Assembly (NCBI GenBank): GCA_046563655.1
Contig: CM102288.1
Span: 4,154,001-4,218,000 of the forward strand
Reading direction: 5' to 3'
Origin: Yuukianura sp. NJ FZ-2021
Lineage: Eukaryota
Length of the DNA stretch: 64,000 nt
The notes under the pieces are model-generated. The model was not told the origin of the DNA. It was given only the letters and a program-made list of their open reading frames with translations, and did no database searches. A program made the translations under genes and the position numbers. This document shows positions 12,698-26,100 of this stretch, piece after piece; position 1 is the stretch's first letter; each line of letters opens with the position of its first letter.

Positions 12698-15600
12698 ATG
12701 TCAGCGGCTGACGTTGAGGTGTCCTCTAGTACGTGCTCGTCCGCTACGATGATCCTCAAGGATCCCCCGAGTTCTGCCAGTGACCAAGACAGGTTTACAT
12801 TTTCGAAATAAAAGTTCACTTACGGCGTAATTATTCATTTTTGCTTTGTTTATTTACAATTTTATGCATTTTCTGTTCAGTGACTGCTGTGAAGAGCTTT
12901 TTATCACAACGGCGACAACTTCTGAAGCTGGAACAGAACCGGACGCCACTGGATTGACAAAAGCCGGTTAGCCCAAAAAAGCAATCTTGGTTTTTAATTG
13001 GAAGGAATTGAAAATTAATTGTTCATTGATTTTTTCCTGATTACAGACTTGCCAAATGTCCCTACTAACAAGTCACCCACATCAAGGCGACGACGGACCA
13101 TGTCATCTTCTGTGGTCAACAGCAAGGTTCGTGATCCTCCGATTCTACGAACTCCGACTAGGACGATTTACACTGCAGGGAGACCTCCGTGGTACAATCC
13201 GGATGGACAACACATTGAGCCATGCGTTATCGGTAATCCAGAAGTTACACTTCAAATTACGCAATTAATCTCAAGTGAAGTGGTAACAACTTTTACAGCG
13301 CTTTTCATTTTTAATGGGCAATCAATTTCTCAATTGCCTTAATCTCTTTTTTGGCACTCAACATGCGTGAGATTAAAAGTTGCGTTGTGGTTGGGGTTCA
13401 TAAGCCGCAAATTAATCCGTAATATATTTTCTACCATTGCGCAATACCAGAGTTCGATAAACTTAAGTCCAGATTCATGTCAACCTAAATTGTTGACAAC
13501 TTCGCAAATGGAGTTTAATTTCTTTATAATTTTGCAGGGATATGTGGAGGGTCAGCTTCTGGGAAGACGACAGTGGCCAACAAGATAATCGAATCCCTGA
13601 ATGTGCCATGGGTGACTAGACTCTCAATGGACTGCTTCTACAAAGTAAATTCTTTGACTAACACCCTCTCCTTGCCCTCTGACCTTTTGCCACTTTGTAG
13701 TTTCGTTATCTGTACACACTCCGTCTATTTTGAACAATCTTGAATCAGTTCTAATTTTAACGATGTGTCAAAGAGCGTTTTAGGTCGTCTGATCTTTAAT
13801 TCCCAAGAAATCTGTTGAACTTTATCTTTTCCCAGTCTCCTTACGTCAACAGTTTAGCTTCTGAGTATTTTTGAATTGATATTTTATGCCAATGTGTTGC
13901 AATATGAGGAACAGTTTCCCATAAATTAGTTATTTGATGGACTTAAACTTGTAAAGATTAACGTCATCATTAGCAATTGTGTTGACTATGCAATATTTTT
14001 GTTTGTAGGTTCTGACGGAGGAGCAACATGAAAAGGCAGCTCGGAACGAGTATAACTTTGACCATCCTGATGCTTTTGACATGGACCTACTCGCTGAAAC
14101 GCTGCGGCGACTACGAGACGGTCGCAAAGTCGAAGTTCCTGTCTACAATTTTGTGACGCACAGTCGCGAAGAAAAATCGGTGACGACAAAACAAAAAATA
14201 AAAAAGAAAAAACCAAAGGAAAAAAAATTTGCAAAATTGCGAAAATCTACAAGCTTACTTTAACTTAAAGTGGATTTGGATTTCGTTTTTTTTTTTCAGA
14301 AAGTGATGTATGGTGCAAATGTCATAATTTTCGAAGGAATTCTTTCTTTCTACAGTCAAGAAGTTCGCAAAGTGAGTCATCGTAGTTCACATTAACTGCA
14401 AAACGTGAATGGAAAGTTTTAATTGATTGCAATTTAGCAACTTTTGTTTTGTTTTAGCTTCTGGACATTTGCTGCTTTGTGGACTCTGATGCCGACACGC
14501 GACTCGTTCGCAGATTGAAGCGAGACATCTCAGAGCGTGGGAGAGACCTAAGAGGAGTAATTGCCCAGTACAAGAGATACGTCAAACCTTGTTTCGAGCA
14601 GTACATCCAACCTCAGGTACTTTCTGAACCAAGTACTCCATTCTGCGGATTCCGAGGATTAGTCAGTCCCGTTGTTACCGATATTTTTGATTTTCAGATG
14701 GTCCATTCCGACATCATTGTTCCGAGAGGTGTCGACAATGAAGTTGCCATTAATCTTATAGTCATGCATGCCATTTCACAACTTCAGGCGGTAAGTTCAC
14801 AATTTTAAGAAGAAAATCCGTTTGAAACTGAAAATGCAAATCTTTCAGCGGGGATTAAAAGTTCGGGAGAAGTTGGCAGAGGCTTACGTTGCGTCTGAGC
14901 CCATCCCATGTCCAGATTCCGTCTTCATCCTTCCAGGGAGTGTCCAAATCACTGGAATGCACACAATCATCAGATCTGTGGAAACTCCTCGGGACGAGTT
15001 CATCTTCTACTCCAAGAGACTCATTCGATTGCTCATTGAGTTTGCTCTAAGTCTTTGTCCATTCAACGTAACAGAAACTAATTAATAATTAACTAATCTT
15101 AATTAAGATTAATTTTCAGCCACTCACTGTTGAATTTTCTGTTAAGGATGTGATTGTGGAGACACATCAAGGTGTTCTGTACAGTGGGAAGCGAAATGCC
15201 AGTAGGATCTGCGGAGTATCTATTCTGCGTTCTGGTGAAACGATGGAACAAGCTCTGGCCGAAGTGTGCAAAGACATTCGGATTGGCAAGATTCTGATCC
15301 AGACGAACGAGAGCACTGGAGAACCAGAGTTGTATTACCTACGCTTACCCTGGGACATAAAAGACTACCATGTCATGCTCATGGATGCAACTGTCGCCAC
15401 TGGTAGGTCACTAATCCTAAGAATTTACAGAAATCTGACGTTTCATAAACGTTTTTTATGAGCAGGAGCTGCAGCCATGATGGCCATCCGAATTTTGCTA
15501 GACCACGATGTGCCAGAGGAGAACATTATGCTCCTGTCACTTCTAATGGCAGAAAGCGGTAACTTTTTACTCGTTCTGAACATGAATGTGGATGACCTTT

Positions 15601-15766
15601 GACCTTTTGTTTTTTAGGAGTCCACTCCATTGCCTATGCATTTCCGAAAGTGAAGATCGTGACGACCGCTGTGGATCCTGAAATCAATGAGAAGTTCCAC
15701 GTGATGCCGGGTATCGGGAACTTTGGTGACCGCTACTTCGGAACGGAGCCATGCCAGTACTTTTGA
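12698..15766 (+). CDS. UCKL1: Uridine-cytidine kinase-like 1 (kinase plus UPRTase-like domain), multi-exon
   Basis: [24 protein letters not shown]-loop, [46 protein letters not shown]. Head-to-head with the SDR gene (~530 bp between ATGs). Confidence 0.94.
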
Positions 15767-16097
15767 GAGCAAGGATGGACCAATTGTAAACACTTTGATA
15801 CCATGTGAAGACATGATCCTACTAGCAACTTATAATCTCTTCAAAACATGAACTTAGCAACATAAAACTACAACTATTTATATGTTTAGACTAAAGTCTT
15901 AGTTCCAAACTAACCATTTTCTATTTTAAAATTCGGCAGACTGATCTATTTAAATAAAAGTCAAGTATATCAAAGCTTTTCAATTTCATTTTCTTTTTTA
16001 CCCTCTTATAATCCTGTTGTAAATGAATTCCGTGTTTTATTCTAATACTCGTTTAGACAATATTCCTCCACTGCTCAAACGAACTAACTTCAAACAT

Positions 16098-18970
16098 TCA
16101 GTATTTGGACTCTCTCTGCTTCTTGACTGCTTGAACACACTTGGCCATGGTAGGTGAGGCCCTTGAAATGACGTCAGTCATGTAGAAGTCTTCGAGTGCC
16201 TTCAACTGGACATCCAGCACTTCCTTCCCAAGTCCCTTCTTACCAACTGACTCGCCAAGGGAAGCTGCTTTGTCAAAGTAGTTGGCATCTTCTACGTTGC
16301 CGTACTTTGTCAAGGTTGGACTAATTTCAGCCATACGCATGCGAAGGGTGGACAACTCATCATACGGAAGTGTGTTTCCCATGATCTGTAACAATTTTTC
16401 AAAAATCAGATTTTTCAATTTCAGTGATGTTTTTCAAAAAAAAAGTGATGAAATTTTTGACTTACCTCTGAGAGGGCTCTGATAATTTTCCAGTCCTCTC
16501 TGGCCAATCCAGGAGCAGTGACTGCCACAGTGGTTCTCTGTGCTCTGCCTTCCATGTTGACATAAGTGGCTTCCTTTTCAGTGTAGGCGCATCCAGGAAG
16601 TATTGCATCCGCCATCTCAGCTCCACGGTCACCATGATGCCCTAACAGTAGAGACAACATTAGATTCTGATTGGGCAATAGCTGACAGTTTTACCTTGGT
16701 AAATGACAAAACAGTCCTTGTGAAGATCTTCCCGTCGAATAACGCCTTCATCTGCTCCCAAGTTGAACAGGACTTTCGGCTTAGCATCTCGAATTTTCTG
16801 GGCTCCTGGTGCATAACCCAGGTCAAGGGCTGCTACTTGAGAGGCAACACGATGCAGAATGTTCAGCACTGGCCAGTCTGGAGAAATTTGACCTTTTGCC
16901 CTCAAGTCTCGACACAATTTTTGAATTTTGGCTAGTAAAATCCCGCCATCAGTTCGCTAATGACAGAGAAATCAAATTAGCTTGACTCCAAAACTTCTAG
17001 CTTCTCGATTTGTACTTACCTGAAGTGCAGTGGATCCTAAAATTACAATTGGTTTCTGGGCTTTGGCCAATTTTGAATAAAATTCGCTTTTCCCATTTAC
17101 TAAATCATCCACAACTTGAGGATTGGTTCCTAATGCCTGAAATAGTAAACCAAAGTAAAGAGATTGACATTGAATCAGGAATGTTTAAGTGTTACTGTGT
17201 AGTCGTAGTTGAGGTCCAGCTTCGGTCCGACATATCCCACTTGCAAGTCGTTGTTAATCCAAGCCTTTCTGATTCTGGCATTTAGAACTGGAGCTTCAAA
17301 CCGAGGGTTGGTTCCAATGAGGAGGAGTGCATCTGACTCTTCAATTCCAGCGATTTTGGAATTCAAGAGGTAGCTGGAGCGGAGGTCAGTGCCCGATCCG
17401 TCTAATGGGAAAATTTCTTCTGTACATAAATTCTCCGAGTCCAGTTTGTTCAAAAGATCTTTCAAAGCCGTCAAAGCCTAGCAAAAAATTAAACAATTCA
17501 TCAATGCTTTTGGACAAAATGTCAATCTACTAAGGAAATTTGTTACCTCAGCGTCTACTAGGCCTCCCACAATGGCTCCAATTTCGTGACCTTTAACAGA
17601 GTTGAGCGCTTGAGCAACTCCAACGAGAACGTCTTCCCATTCAACATTGACAAGTTCACCGGCAGAGTTCTTCATCATGGGGCTTGTGAGCCTTTGGCGT
17701 TTGAGTCCATCACAAGCAAAACGACTCTTGTCGCCTATCCATTCTTCATTGATATCCTGCAATTTGTGGTATGTTATTATAGTATTCAATTGAAATTTTG
17801 TCCGATTTAATCGGTATTTACTTACATCATTAACTCTTGGTAACACCCGAAGAACTTCTCCCGTACGAGTGGACACAACAATATTGGAACCCAAAGCATC
17901 CAGCACATCTACACTCTCTGTTTTGCGTGTTTCCCAAGGTCTGGCCATAAAAGCGTAGGGCTTCGAGGTCAAAGCCCCTACCGGGCACAAGTCAATGACA
18001 TTGCCGGATAATTCGGACATCAGCATTTTCTCAACGTATGTTCCAACTTGCATGTCTAAATTCCAGTCAAACGAAACGTAATTAAAAAGTATTATGGTAT
18101 CTGGTACTGAACTAATTATAGTTAGGTTAAAATTGTATTCGAATGCGGAAAACTTCCCCTGTACTCTAACATTTGGACGTACTTTATTTGAATTATGAAA
18201 AATTCAGTGCATACCCTGTCCTCTTCCAGTGGTTCCGAAATCATCGACTCCAGCTACCTCTGAAGCAAATCTGATACATCGTGTGCAGTGAATACATCGC
18301 GTCATAATCGTTTTGACCAGCGGGCCAATATTCTTATCTTCAACTGCTCTTTTCTCGTCATTTAAGGCTAATCGACTCTTGTCTGATCCAAAAGCCATCG
18401 ACTGATCCTGCAAGTCACATTCACCTCCCTGGTCACAAATGGGACAATCTAGCGGATGATTGACGAGAAGGAATTCCATAACGCCTTCGCGGGCTTTCCT
18501 GGCCATGTCTGAATTCGTCTTGACTCTCATGCCTTTCATTATCGGCATAGCACATGATGCAACTGGCTAAAAAGTAAAAGTAGAGTCTAGAGTGAATAAC
18601 TGGTCATAAATTCCAACATGTACCTAGTATGCAGGTGGAATTCTTACCTTGATCGATTTCTCTACTTCCACTAAACACATTCGGCAGTTTCCAGCAATTG
18701 AGAGTCGTTCGTGGTAGCAAAACCTTGGAATTTCCACTCCAGCTACTGCGGCGGCCTAACAGAAGTACGAAAGATGTAATTAAACAACTAAACGCATAAA
18801 AACTAAGTTTTTGGATGAACAATTACTTGGAGGACGGTTGACCCCGGCTCTACCAACACCCGTTTGTCGTCGATAAAAACTTCCACTTTCTCAGGGGCAG
18901 TTGACATGCCACGAAGGAACTTCTTGGCCACTGCTCCTCCGCTTCGCAACCCCTGTCCCAGGCGAAGCAT
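16098..18970 (-). CDS. NDUFS1: NADH:ubiquinone oxidoreductase 75 kDa Fe-S subunit, multi-exon
   Basis: [88 protein letters not shown]. Confidence 0.97.
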
Positions 18971-19208
18971 CGTGGACCAAATACCAGTCAATTAATTAAA
19001 ATTCAAAACAATTGTGAATTACCAGCTGATAGTTACTGTTTATCTTCTTGTTTTTGTTGCATCCGTAGAGAATCCAATTCAAAAAGTACGGTTGAAATCC
19101 CACTCCTTTCACACCCTCCCAATCAATTTGGCTGACATAAGGAAAGCAGAGACCTGTAATGCTCTACGCTTTTTACTAAATCACAAAGTTTCATTTAAAA
19201 AAGGACAA

Positions 19209-19618
19209 AATTCCAAATTCCAAAAAGTTAAAAGTTTAGTAGGAAAATCACTCTTTTTAAATAGCATAATTCCAAATTCCAAAAAGTTAAAAGTTTAGTA
19301 GGAAAATCACTCTTTTTAAATAACATAATTCCAAATTCCAAAAAGTTAAAAGTTTAGTAGGAAAATCACTCTTTTTAAATAACATAATTCCAAATTCCAA
19401 AAAGTTAAAAGTTTAGTAGGAAAATCACTCTTTTTAAATAACGTAATTCCAAATTCCAAAAAGTTAAAAGTTTAGTAGGAAAATCACTCTTTTTAAATAA
19501 CGCAATTCCAAATTCCAAAAAGTTAAAAGTTTAGTAGGAAAATCACTCTTTTTAAATAACATAATTCCAAATTCCAAAAAGTTAAAAATTTAGTAGGAAA
19601 ATCACTTTTTTTAAATAA
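19209..19618. repeat. Minisatellite, 59-bp unit x ~7
   Basis: Unit AATTCCAAATTCCAAAAAGTTAAAAGTTTAGTAGGAAAATCACTCTTTTTAAATAACAT starts at 19209, 19268, 19327, 19386, 19445, 19504 and 19563; copies nearly identical. Confidence 0.95.
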
Positions 19619-19877
19619 AAAAAAATAATAAAGTTACATTTTATTGTACTCAATTTAAGCAAATTGACTCTGCTAACAATCTAGTATATCATTAACTTGT
19701 TTTCAATTTCTAATTACTTTGGTAGTACTCGTAAGTAATTGTTACTCAAATTAGTACATCAATGGTTACATTAGTATAGATGTAAGAGAGGTTCAACTTT
19801 GTGAGTGTGGAAGAAGTGGCTTTTGTCATTCAAAATCTAACTGTATTTGTAATTTGGCGAAGTCGTATGTCAGCTGA

Positions 19878-19899
19878 TCTCCTCCTTCTCTCGTCTCTG
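19878..19899 (+). promoter_or_regulatory. Polypyrimidine tract, candidate TCT initiator / 5'TOP of EF1-beta
   Basis: TCTCCTCCTTCTCTCGTCTCTG about 100 nt upstream of the ATG; elongation-factor mRNAs are classic TOP mRNAs. Confidence 0.5.
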
Positions 19900-19984
19900 C
19901 CACCCGCGTGTACAAGACCGGTTGTCGATTAATTGATTTTAAACCGATTAATCTAGCCCCAATTAATTTCATTTCCTGTAAAAC

Positions 19985-20993
19985 ATGTCGTTCGGTGACG
20001 TCTCAACAGCTGCTGGATTGGCTAAACTCAATGAACATCTCAAATCCCACTCCTACGTCGAAGGGTAATTAGATTAAGAATTTGACAATTTTTGGACGTA
20101 AATTCCAACAGATTAACAATTGATTGTTTGTGAACAGGTATTCTCCAAGCAGTGCCGATACGAAAACGTTTGATGCCATAAAATCTGCTCCGGATGCTTC
20201 ACATCCTCATGTCCTCCGGTGGTATAATCACATCAAGAGCTTCGGAGCATTGAAAGCCAGTTTCGGGGCATCTGGAGCATGTGCTGCTACTTCTGCAGCC
20301 GCTCCTGTCAACAACGGTGCTGCTGCTGAGGATGAAGATGTTGATCTTTTTGCATCTGATGAAGAAGAGGTAATATTTTGTATAAAAGTATTGTCTGGCG
20401 AGTTGATAAGACCGTAATAAGTTATGATTCGTAGGATGCAGAGGCAGCTAAGATTCGAGAAGATCGTCTCAAAGCCTACGCAGAGAAGAAGAGCAAAAAG
20501 CCTGGGCCCATTGCCAAGTCCAACGTCATCCTGGATGTCAAACCGTGGGATGATGAGACAGATATGAAGAGTAAGAAACAAAAACAGTTTTTCCATACGA
20601 TTTTTTTCAGGACTGAATTGAATTTTGTTTTGTTAGAACTGGAAGAAGCTGTGCGCTCTGTGGAGATGGACGGTCTTCTCTGGGGACTTTCCAAACTGAT
20701 GCCTGTCGGGTATGTCATGTTCCCTACTTTGTTTCATTTTTTCAATAGTATCTTAAGCAAACCATGCTTTTTGTTCTTTTAGTTATGGAATCAACAAGCT
20801 CCAAATCACAACAGTTGTCGAAGATGACAAAGTTTCCATTGAAGAACTGACAGAGAAGTTGGAGTCGTTCGAGGACTTTGTAAGTTCTGTCTTTACACAA
20901 CAAATCAAAAAACTGCAAGTTTTCAACCTATTTTTTTTTGTTTTGTTTTTACAGATCCAAAGTGTTGACATCGTTGCCTTTAACAAAATCTAA
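19985..20993 (+). CDS. EEF1B2: Translation elongation factor 1-beta (6 exons)
   Basis: MSFGDV..., [67 protein letters not shown]. Confidence 0.95.
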
Positions 20994-21410
20994 ACACCCT
21001 CACCCCTTCGTCCACCTTCCGGAACTTGTACTGGAAATAAAATCATCTTTTCAACCTAAAAGCAGACAGTCATTTCCCATTTTCTCATCCCACGCACGCC
21101 CACATGCCGCCAACAGTTCTCACTCTTTGTCATCTTCTCAGAATTTTGAGGATCTAATTGTAGGGAGTTGCGGAAGTGGATGCAATTACTGTGTTTGGTC
21201 ACTTGTGAACTTCGCAACTTTGTGAACTGTACAGGTACAAGGTACTTTCAGTTCACAACTGAAGTGGAGGTGCTAAGGTTGTATGCTCTCTTTAGTTTGT
21301 GATGGTTTTAATGAACTAGTTGGCCTTGGAATAAGTAAGTTTCCCTTCCGAATCTTTTGCACAAGAGTCAAATTTAAATAGGGATTTGGACATTTGAAAT
21401 CAGAATATTT

Positions 21411-22338
21411 ATGGGACGACTGGACATTCAGCAGACTAGTGGCTTCTGGACAGCGTCTGGCATAATGGCAGTCTCTCATTTCGTACTAATTTTTACAATA
21501 GCAATTACAACCACGGAAGGACAGCGATTTTCTGGTAACTTGTAAAAGTTTAAAAGTTACATTTAAAATTGCATTTTAAAAATTTCGTGTTTCTTGACTT
21601 TGTTTTGTTTGTTAGCAAATGTCGTCCCGTCTAATTCCAGACCGGAATTTATCTCCAGTGTTTTTGTGGACGGTCCGTCGCTTCAAGTGGGCCAAGAAGA
21701 TGGAGAAGATCGAGGAAGCTTCACAAGACGGCTGCGCATGAGTGAATCTTGTCTGGCATGTCTCTGCGCAGCATCCTCGGACTGTGACCTGAGCATGCGT
21801 TGTGTTGGCCAAGGTCAATACTGTGGTCCATTTCTCATTTCCAAACCCTATTGGCTCGATGCTGGAAGTCCAGTCATCTTGGGAGATTCCGCTGAACGAC
21901 CAGAGTGTAAATACTTTTCAATTTTTAAATTTTAACACATTTTTTTAGAAACTTATTTGTGACTTATTTTTAGCCTTCCAAGATTGTGCTCTGGATCCAA
22001 TTTGCTCAGCCCAGACAGTGCGAAAATACATGACGAGATTCCAAAAAGTAAGAAAAGATGCTCAATTTTTTGAAATTGTCTTTTTTCCTTGTGTTTTGAT
22101 ATTTTTGTTGATTTTGTAGGATTGCAATGGTGATGGAGTGGTGACCTGTGATGACCTCGCCCTCATTCACTTGATGGGTCCATATGGATCTGAATGTGGA
22201 AACCCCTCAGCTCTGCGTAGTGGCTACTTTCAAAAATTCCAAAAGTGTTGGAACTCCGTCCTTCGCTTGTCCTCTGCTGTGTCGTCATTTCCAGCGTCCA
22301 CATCCTTGGACGGTGACGACGGCCAAAGATTGACCTAA
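21411..22338 (+). CDS. Invertebrate-type (i-type/destabilase) lysozyme-like secreted protein (4 exons; alternative ATG 21465)
   Basis: Signal-like first exon; CLACLC...C...C...CGPFLISKPYWLDAG, FQDCALDPICSAQTVRKYM, DCNGDGVVTCDD..IH.MGP match the arthropod i-type pattern. Confidence 0.85.
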
Positions 22339-23123
22339 AGCTTACCCGAACATACAAAATGGAGCCATCTCTCTCCCACCGAAATCAGCGATTGAGCTTA
22401 ATAAAGCCTTGAATATGTCCTTGTGTGTTTTGCAAGAATGTGTTTGGTGATATTGTTTGTGGTGCGTTTGATGAATTGTTTGTTGGAGCGTAGTGCGTGT
22501 CCATGGGGATTTGGAGAAAGTGAAGAGAAAGGAGATTGATGGGAATTGAGAAGGCGGCAGACCAAATAATCAAATACACTTCCTTAGCCGCTCCTTTCTC
22601 CACTTTCACCCACTTCCTAGTTACAACTTCCTCAACAACAACTTCATCTAAAGGCAATCAGACCAATAACAAAATTGCCCATACCAAAATTGTCAAATGT
22701 GTAACAGCAAAAGGCAAAAGTTTTTTTCAACCGATTTTTTCAATTTTCCACACTTAAAAATTCTACACGCCCGAAGTTTTTTGCATTTCTGTTTCAGTAT
22801 TTCCATATTTCTTAGTTGTTAGATATAAAATTGTAGATCTTTTTGCATGTTGATCTGAAATGTTTAGACTGTTTTGCTAAGAAGTGTAGCTTTGAATGTG
22901 TGGAGTGGCTATAGCCTTGCATAGCCGTGTCGATCGATAGTCCCAGACTTTCTCTGCTGCTACACGTGGTTTTGTGGCCTTTCATTTTTAAATTTTTGAA
23001 GAGAAAGTGGTCCAGTGAGTAGAGTGGAGTGATGAAGTCGTGTCGAGGTCAGAGGTCAGAGTGACATGGCTTAGGGTGACATGAGTCCATGTCCGGAGTG
23101 AAGAGGCCTCCTCACCTGGAGCC

Positions 23124-26100
23124 ATGGAGGTGGAAGACCTCATTCACATCAACCCTCCCACCACTGAAAACCTCCTCAGGGTCATCCACAGACGATTCAA
23201 ACGGGACATTGTCCATGTCAGTTTTTCAAAATTACTTCAAAATTGAACTATTTTTCACAATTTTAGTTTTGATTTTAGACTCGTCTTGGACCGAGGCATT
23301 TACTGGCGCTGAATCCGTACCGAGCGCTGCTTCCGAGCGCTGATTCGAGTCCTAGTCTGGAAAACTTTGTGGACGAAATGCGGCAGGGTTTGAGCGAAGG
23401 ACTGGAAAACAGGCAACTGCTGCTGCCACTCGGGGAGTCTGGAAGTGGCAAATCAACAGCGTTTCTGACAGCGCTCGAGACGCTGGCGACCTTTGGAAGC
23501 AACGACAAGGAACAACGACTGCTTCGCGGAATACATCTACTCAAAAGTACTGTTTTGAAAAAGCTGTTTCAACAATTTTTAGAACACGGGTTTTAAAAAG
23601 TGTTGGAATTTTAGTTTTAGGAAATGCGAGGACACAAGGGAACGAAGACGCGTCGAAGTTTGTTCTTCTGGTGGATCTTGAATTGGATTTTAGGGGCCAA
23701 GTGATGACATATGCCATCAACACATGTAAATCATTTTCAAAATTTTATTTTCAAAATTTCATTTTGAAAAAGTCATTTTCAAAAGGTTTTCAAAATGGTC
23801 GTGAATTTTGAAATGATTGGATAATTTCAGATATGATAGAGAAGGAACTTGTAACCAGAAGAAGTGGAGCCAACTTTCATGTGTTTTATGGACTCCTCGC
23901 AGGAGCAGATCCACCATTGCTCAGTTCGTTTTTTAAATCAAATTTTGAACAAAATTTTGAAAAAGTTTGTTGAAAAAGTTACATTAACTTTGATAATTGA
24001 ATTTGCAGAATCACTTCGCCTTTGTCGTTCTGCCGATTCGTATGGACTACTCAGCCCGCTTCCAACTCCCACAAACGCACAAATAGGGAAAGAAACGTTT
24101 GAACAAATCCGAGTAAGCAGGAGTGGACTTTTTAAAAAAATCTTTTAAAAATTTCAAAATTTTGATTTTTGAAAAGTTATGCCTGAGTGTCCACGGTCTG
24201 GATGAAAAGGCCTTCTTCCAAATTATCGCCTTCATTCTCAAAATGGGGAACATTTTCTTCATTCCCGTCACGCGCATGGACGGAACGGCTGGACTGCAAC
24301 TGGAACCAAGTTGGTTGAATTTTTAACCAAGTTTTAACATTTTAACTTAATTAATTACAATATGAACTAATTTTTAACACATTTTAACATTACCAGGGAC
24401 AGAGTTTGCGGAATCAGGGGATTTAGTAGGGGTGGAGTCCACTGTACTTGAGGCTGCTTTGCTCTACGAAGATGGCGGGGTGATCCGTGATCCAATTGGA
24501 GCCGCCAGCATCAGAGATTCGCTTCTGCGCACACTCTACGCACGACTCTTCCTCTTCATCTCTACGCAGATATCACCAGGATCAATGGTAAAACCTTTGA
24601 CCTAACCAGGCTAAGCTAATCATAATCAGAATCCATAACTTTAACATAAAATTTCAAAATTTCATGTTTAGAGCGGGAATTCCTGCCTGAGTTTGCTGGA
24701 CTTTCCGGGATTTCAGAGTCTAGAAAGGAATTCCTTTGAGGAATTGCTGTTGAATCTGATTGGAGAGAAAATCCAGGAAGTGCTTGTGGACTGGGAGTTG
24801 AAGGAGAGGCAGGAAGAGTGGCTCAGGGAGGGATTCAAGTGGGTCAAGGTCGACACCAGGTCAAACCCACCCTCAGTTCTCCAGCTCCTCGAACAAGTCA
24901 GTTTTCATTTTTCAAAATTTACTTTTGGAATTCCAATGTTTTTTTGAAATTTAGAACGGCCCACTTTGTACCAGTAAGAGTGATGAAGAGATTTTAGAGT
25001 TGATTCTGGACAAGAGTCCTGCTGCCTCTCGCCTTGGTTCCGACCAGTTCCGGATTCGTCACTTCGCGGGGACTATCACTTACCGCAGCACGAAACAAGA
25101 AACGTTTCCGGAAAAGACCGAAGTTCTTCCGAAAGCACTCACTGCCGCCATGTTCTCTTCCAGCCACCCATGGATACCACAATTCTTTCCAGAAGGTAAC
25201 TATAATTTCCAAAAATGCTACTTTTTTGACTAAGTTTTTCGAAAAACTGAACTTTTTCAATTCTTTTTTTGAAAACTTAACTCCTTTTTCTGGAATTTAG
25301 GATGTCGGGGTCACTTGGGGGGTCGTGCGTTGACTCCGTTTGCGCATCTTCACTTGCTGAGCCACAAGTTACGCTCTCTGTCTGCCGTTGCATCGTACAC
25401 TGTACACTGTATCAAAGCCAATGAGCTGAAGGTGGGTGGGGTGTTCGAGGGGGCGTTGGTGGAGCATCAGTTAAAATACCAGCGTATCATGGACACTCTG
25501 ACTGTGACAAGAGATGGGTTTCTGTTGTCACGAGACTATGACCGCTTCCTAGCCAGGTACAGACTGCTGTCACTTAGGACTTGGCCTACGTGGCGCAGTG
25601 GGGCCCGTGAAGGCGCCCATCTCATCCTCAACGACTTGTTTGTGCCAGCACATCTCTACTTCCTCGGCAGAAATCGCATTCTAATCAAAGCTCCGCTCGT
25701 AAAATATCAAATTTTCAAATTTTTTTTTTGAAAATTTGATTAGAAAGTTTCAGGAAGTGTTTGTTTTAAAAACCTTGCAGTTGAGTGATTTGGAGTCGTT
25801 TAGAAGAGAACGTTTAGACGATTTGGCCCTTTTGATTCAAAAAACGTGGAGGGGCTGGAGAGGGTTCAAGCGATTTCAGCGAATGTGCCACGCCCAAAAA
25901 CTCATTTCCAAAAACTGGAGAAAGTACAATGTAAGTTCAAATTAACAATTTTTTGAAAAATTGACTTCAATCATAAAAAAATCTCATGTTTTTGAAAATT
26001 TTTAGAAACGTCGTATACAATTTGCAGAAGCTGAGGGCAGTCGGCAGCGAATCGCTGTCGGCAAAATTCAGCGGGCCTATCTTCACTGGAAGGTGAAAAT

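Noticed and set aside
14617..14697. Stop-free in-frame introns (81 nt in UCKL1; also 69 nt at 17757-17825 in NDUFS1)
   Set aside because: Expected by chance among many short introns, and retention would interrupt conserved domains.
19209..19618. Regular repeat array considered as CRISPR
   Set aside because: Units are contiguous with no unique spacers, the context is eukaryotic, and there are no cas genes.
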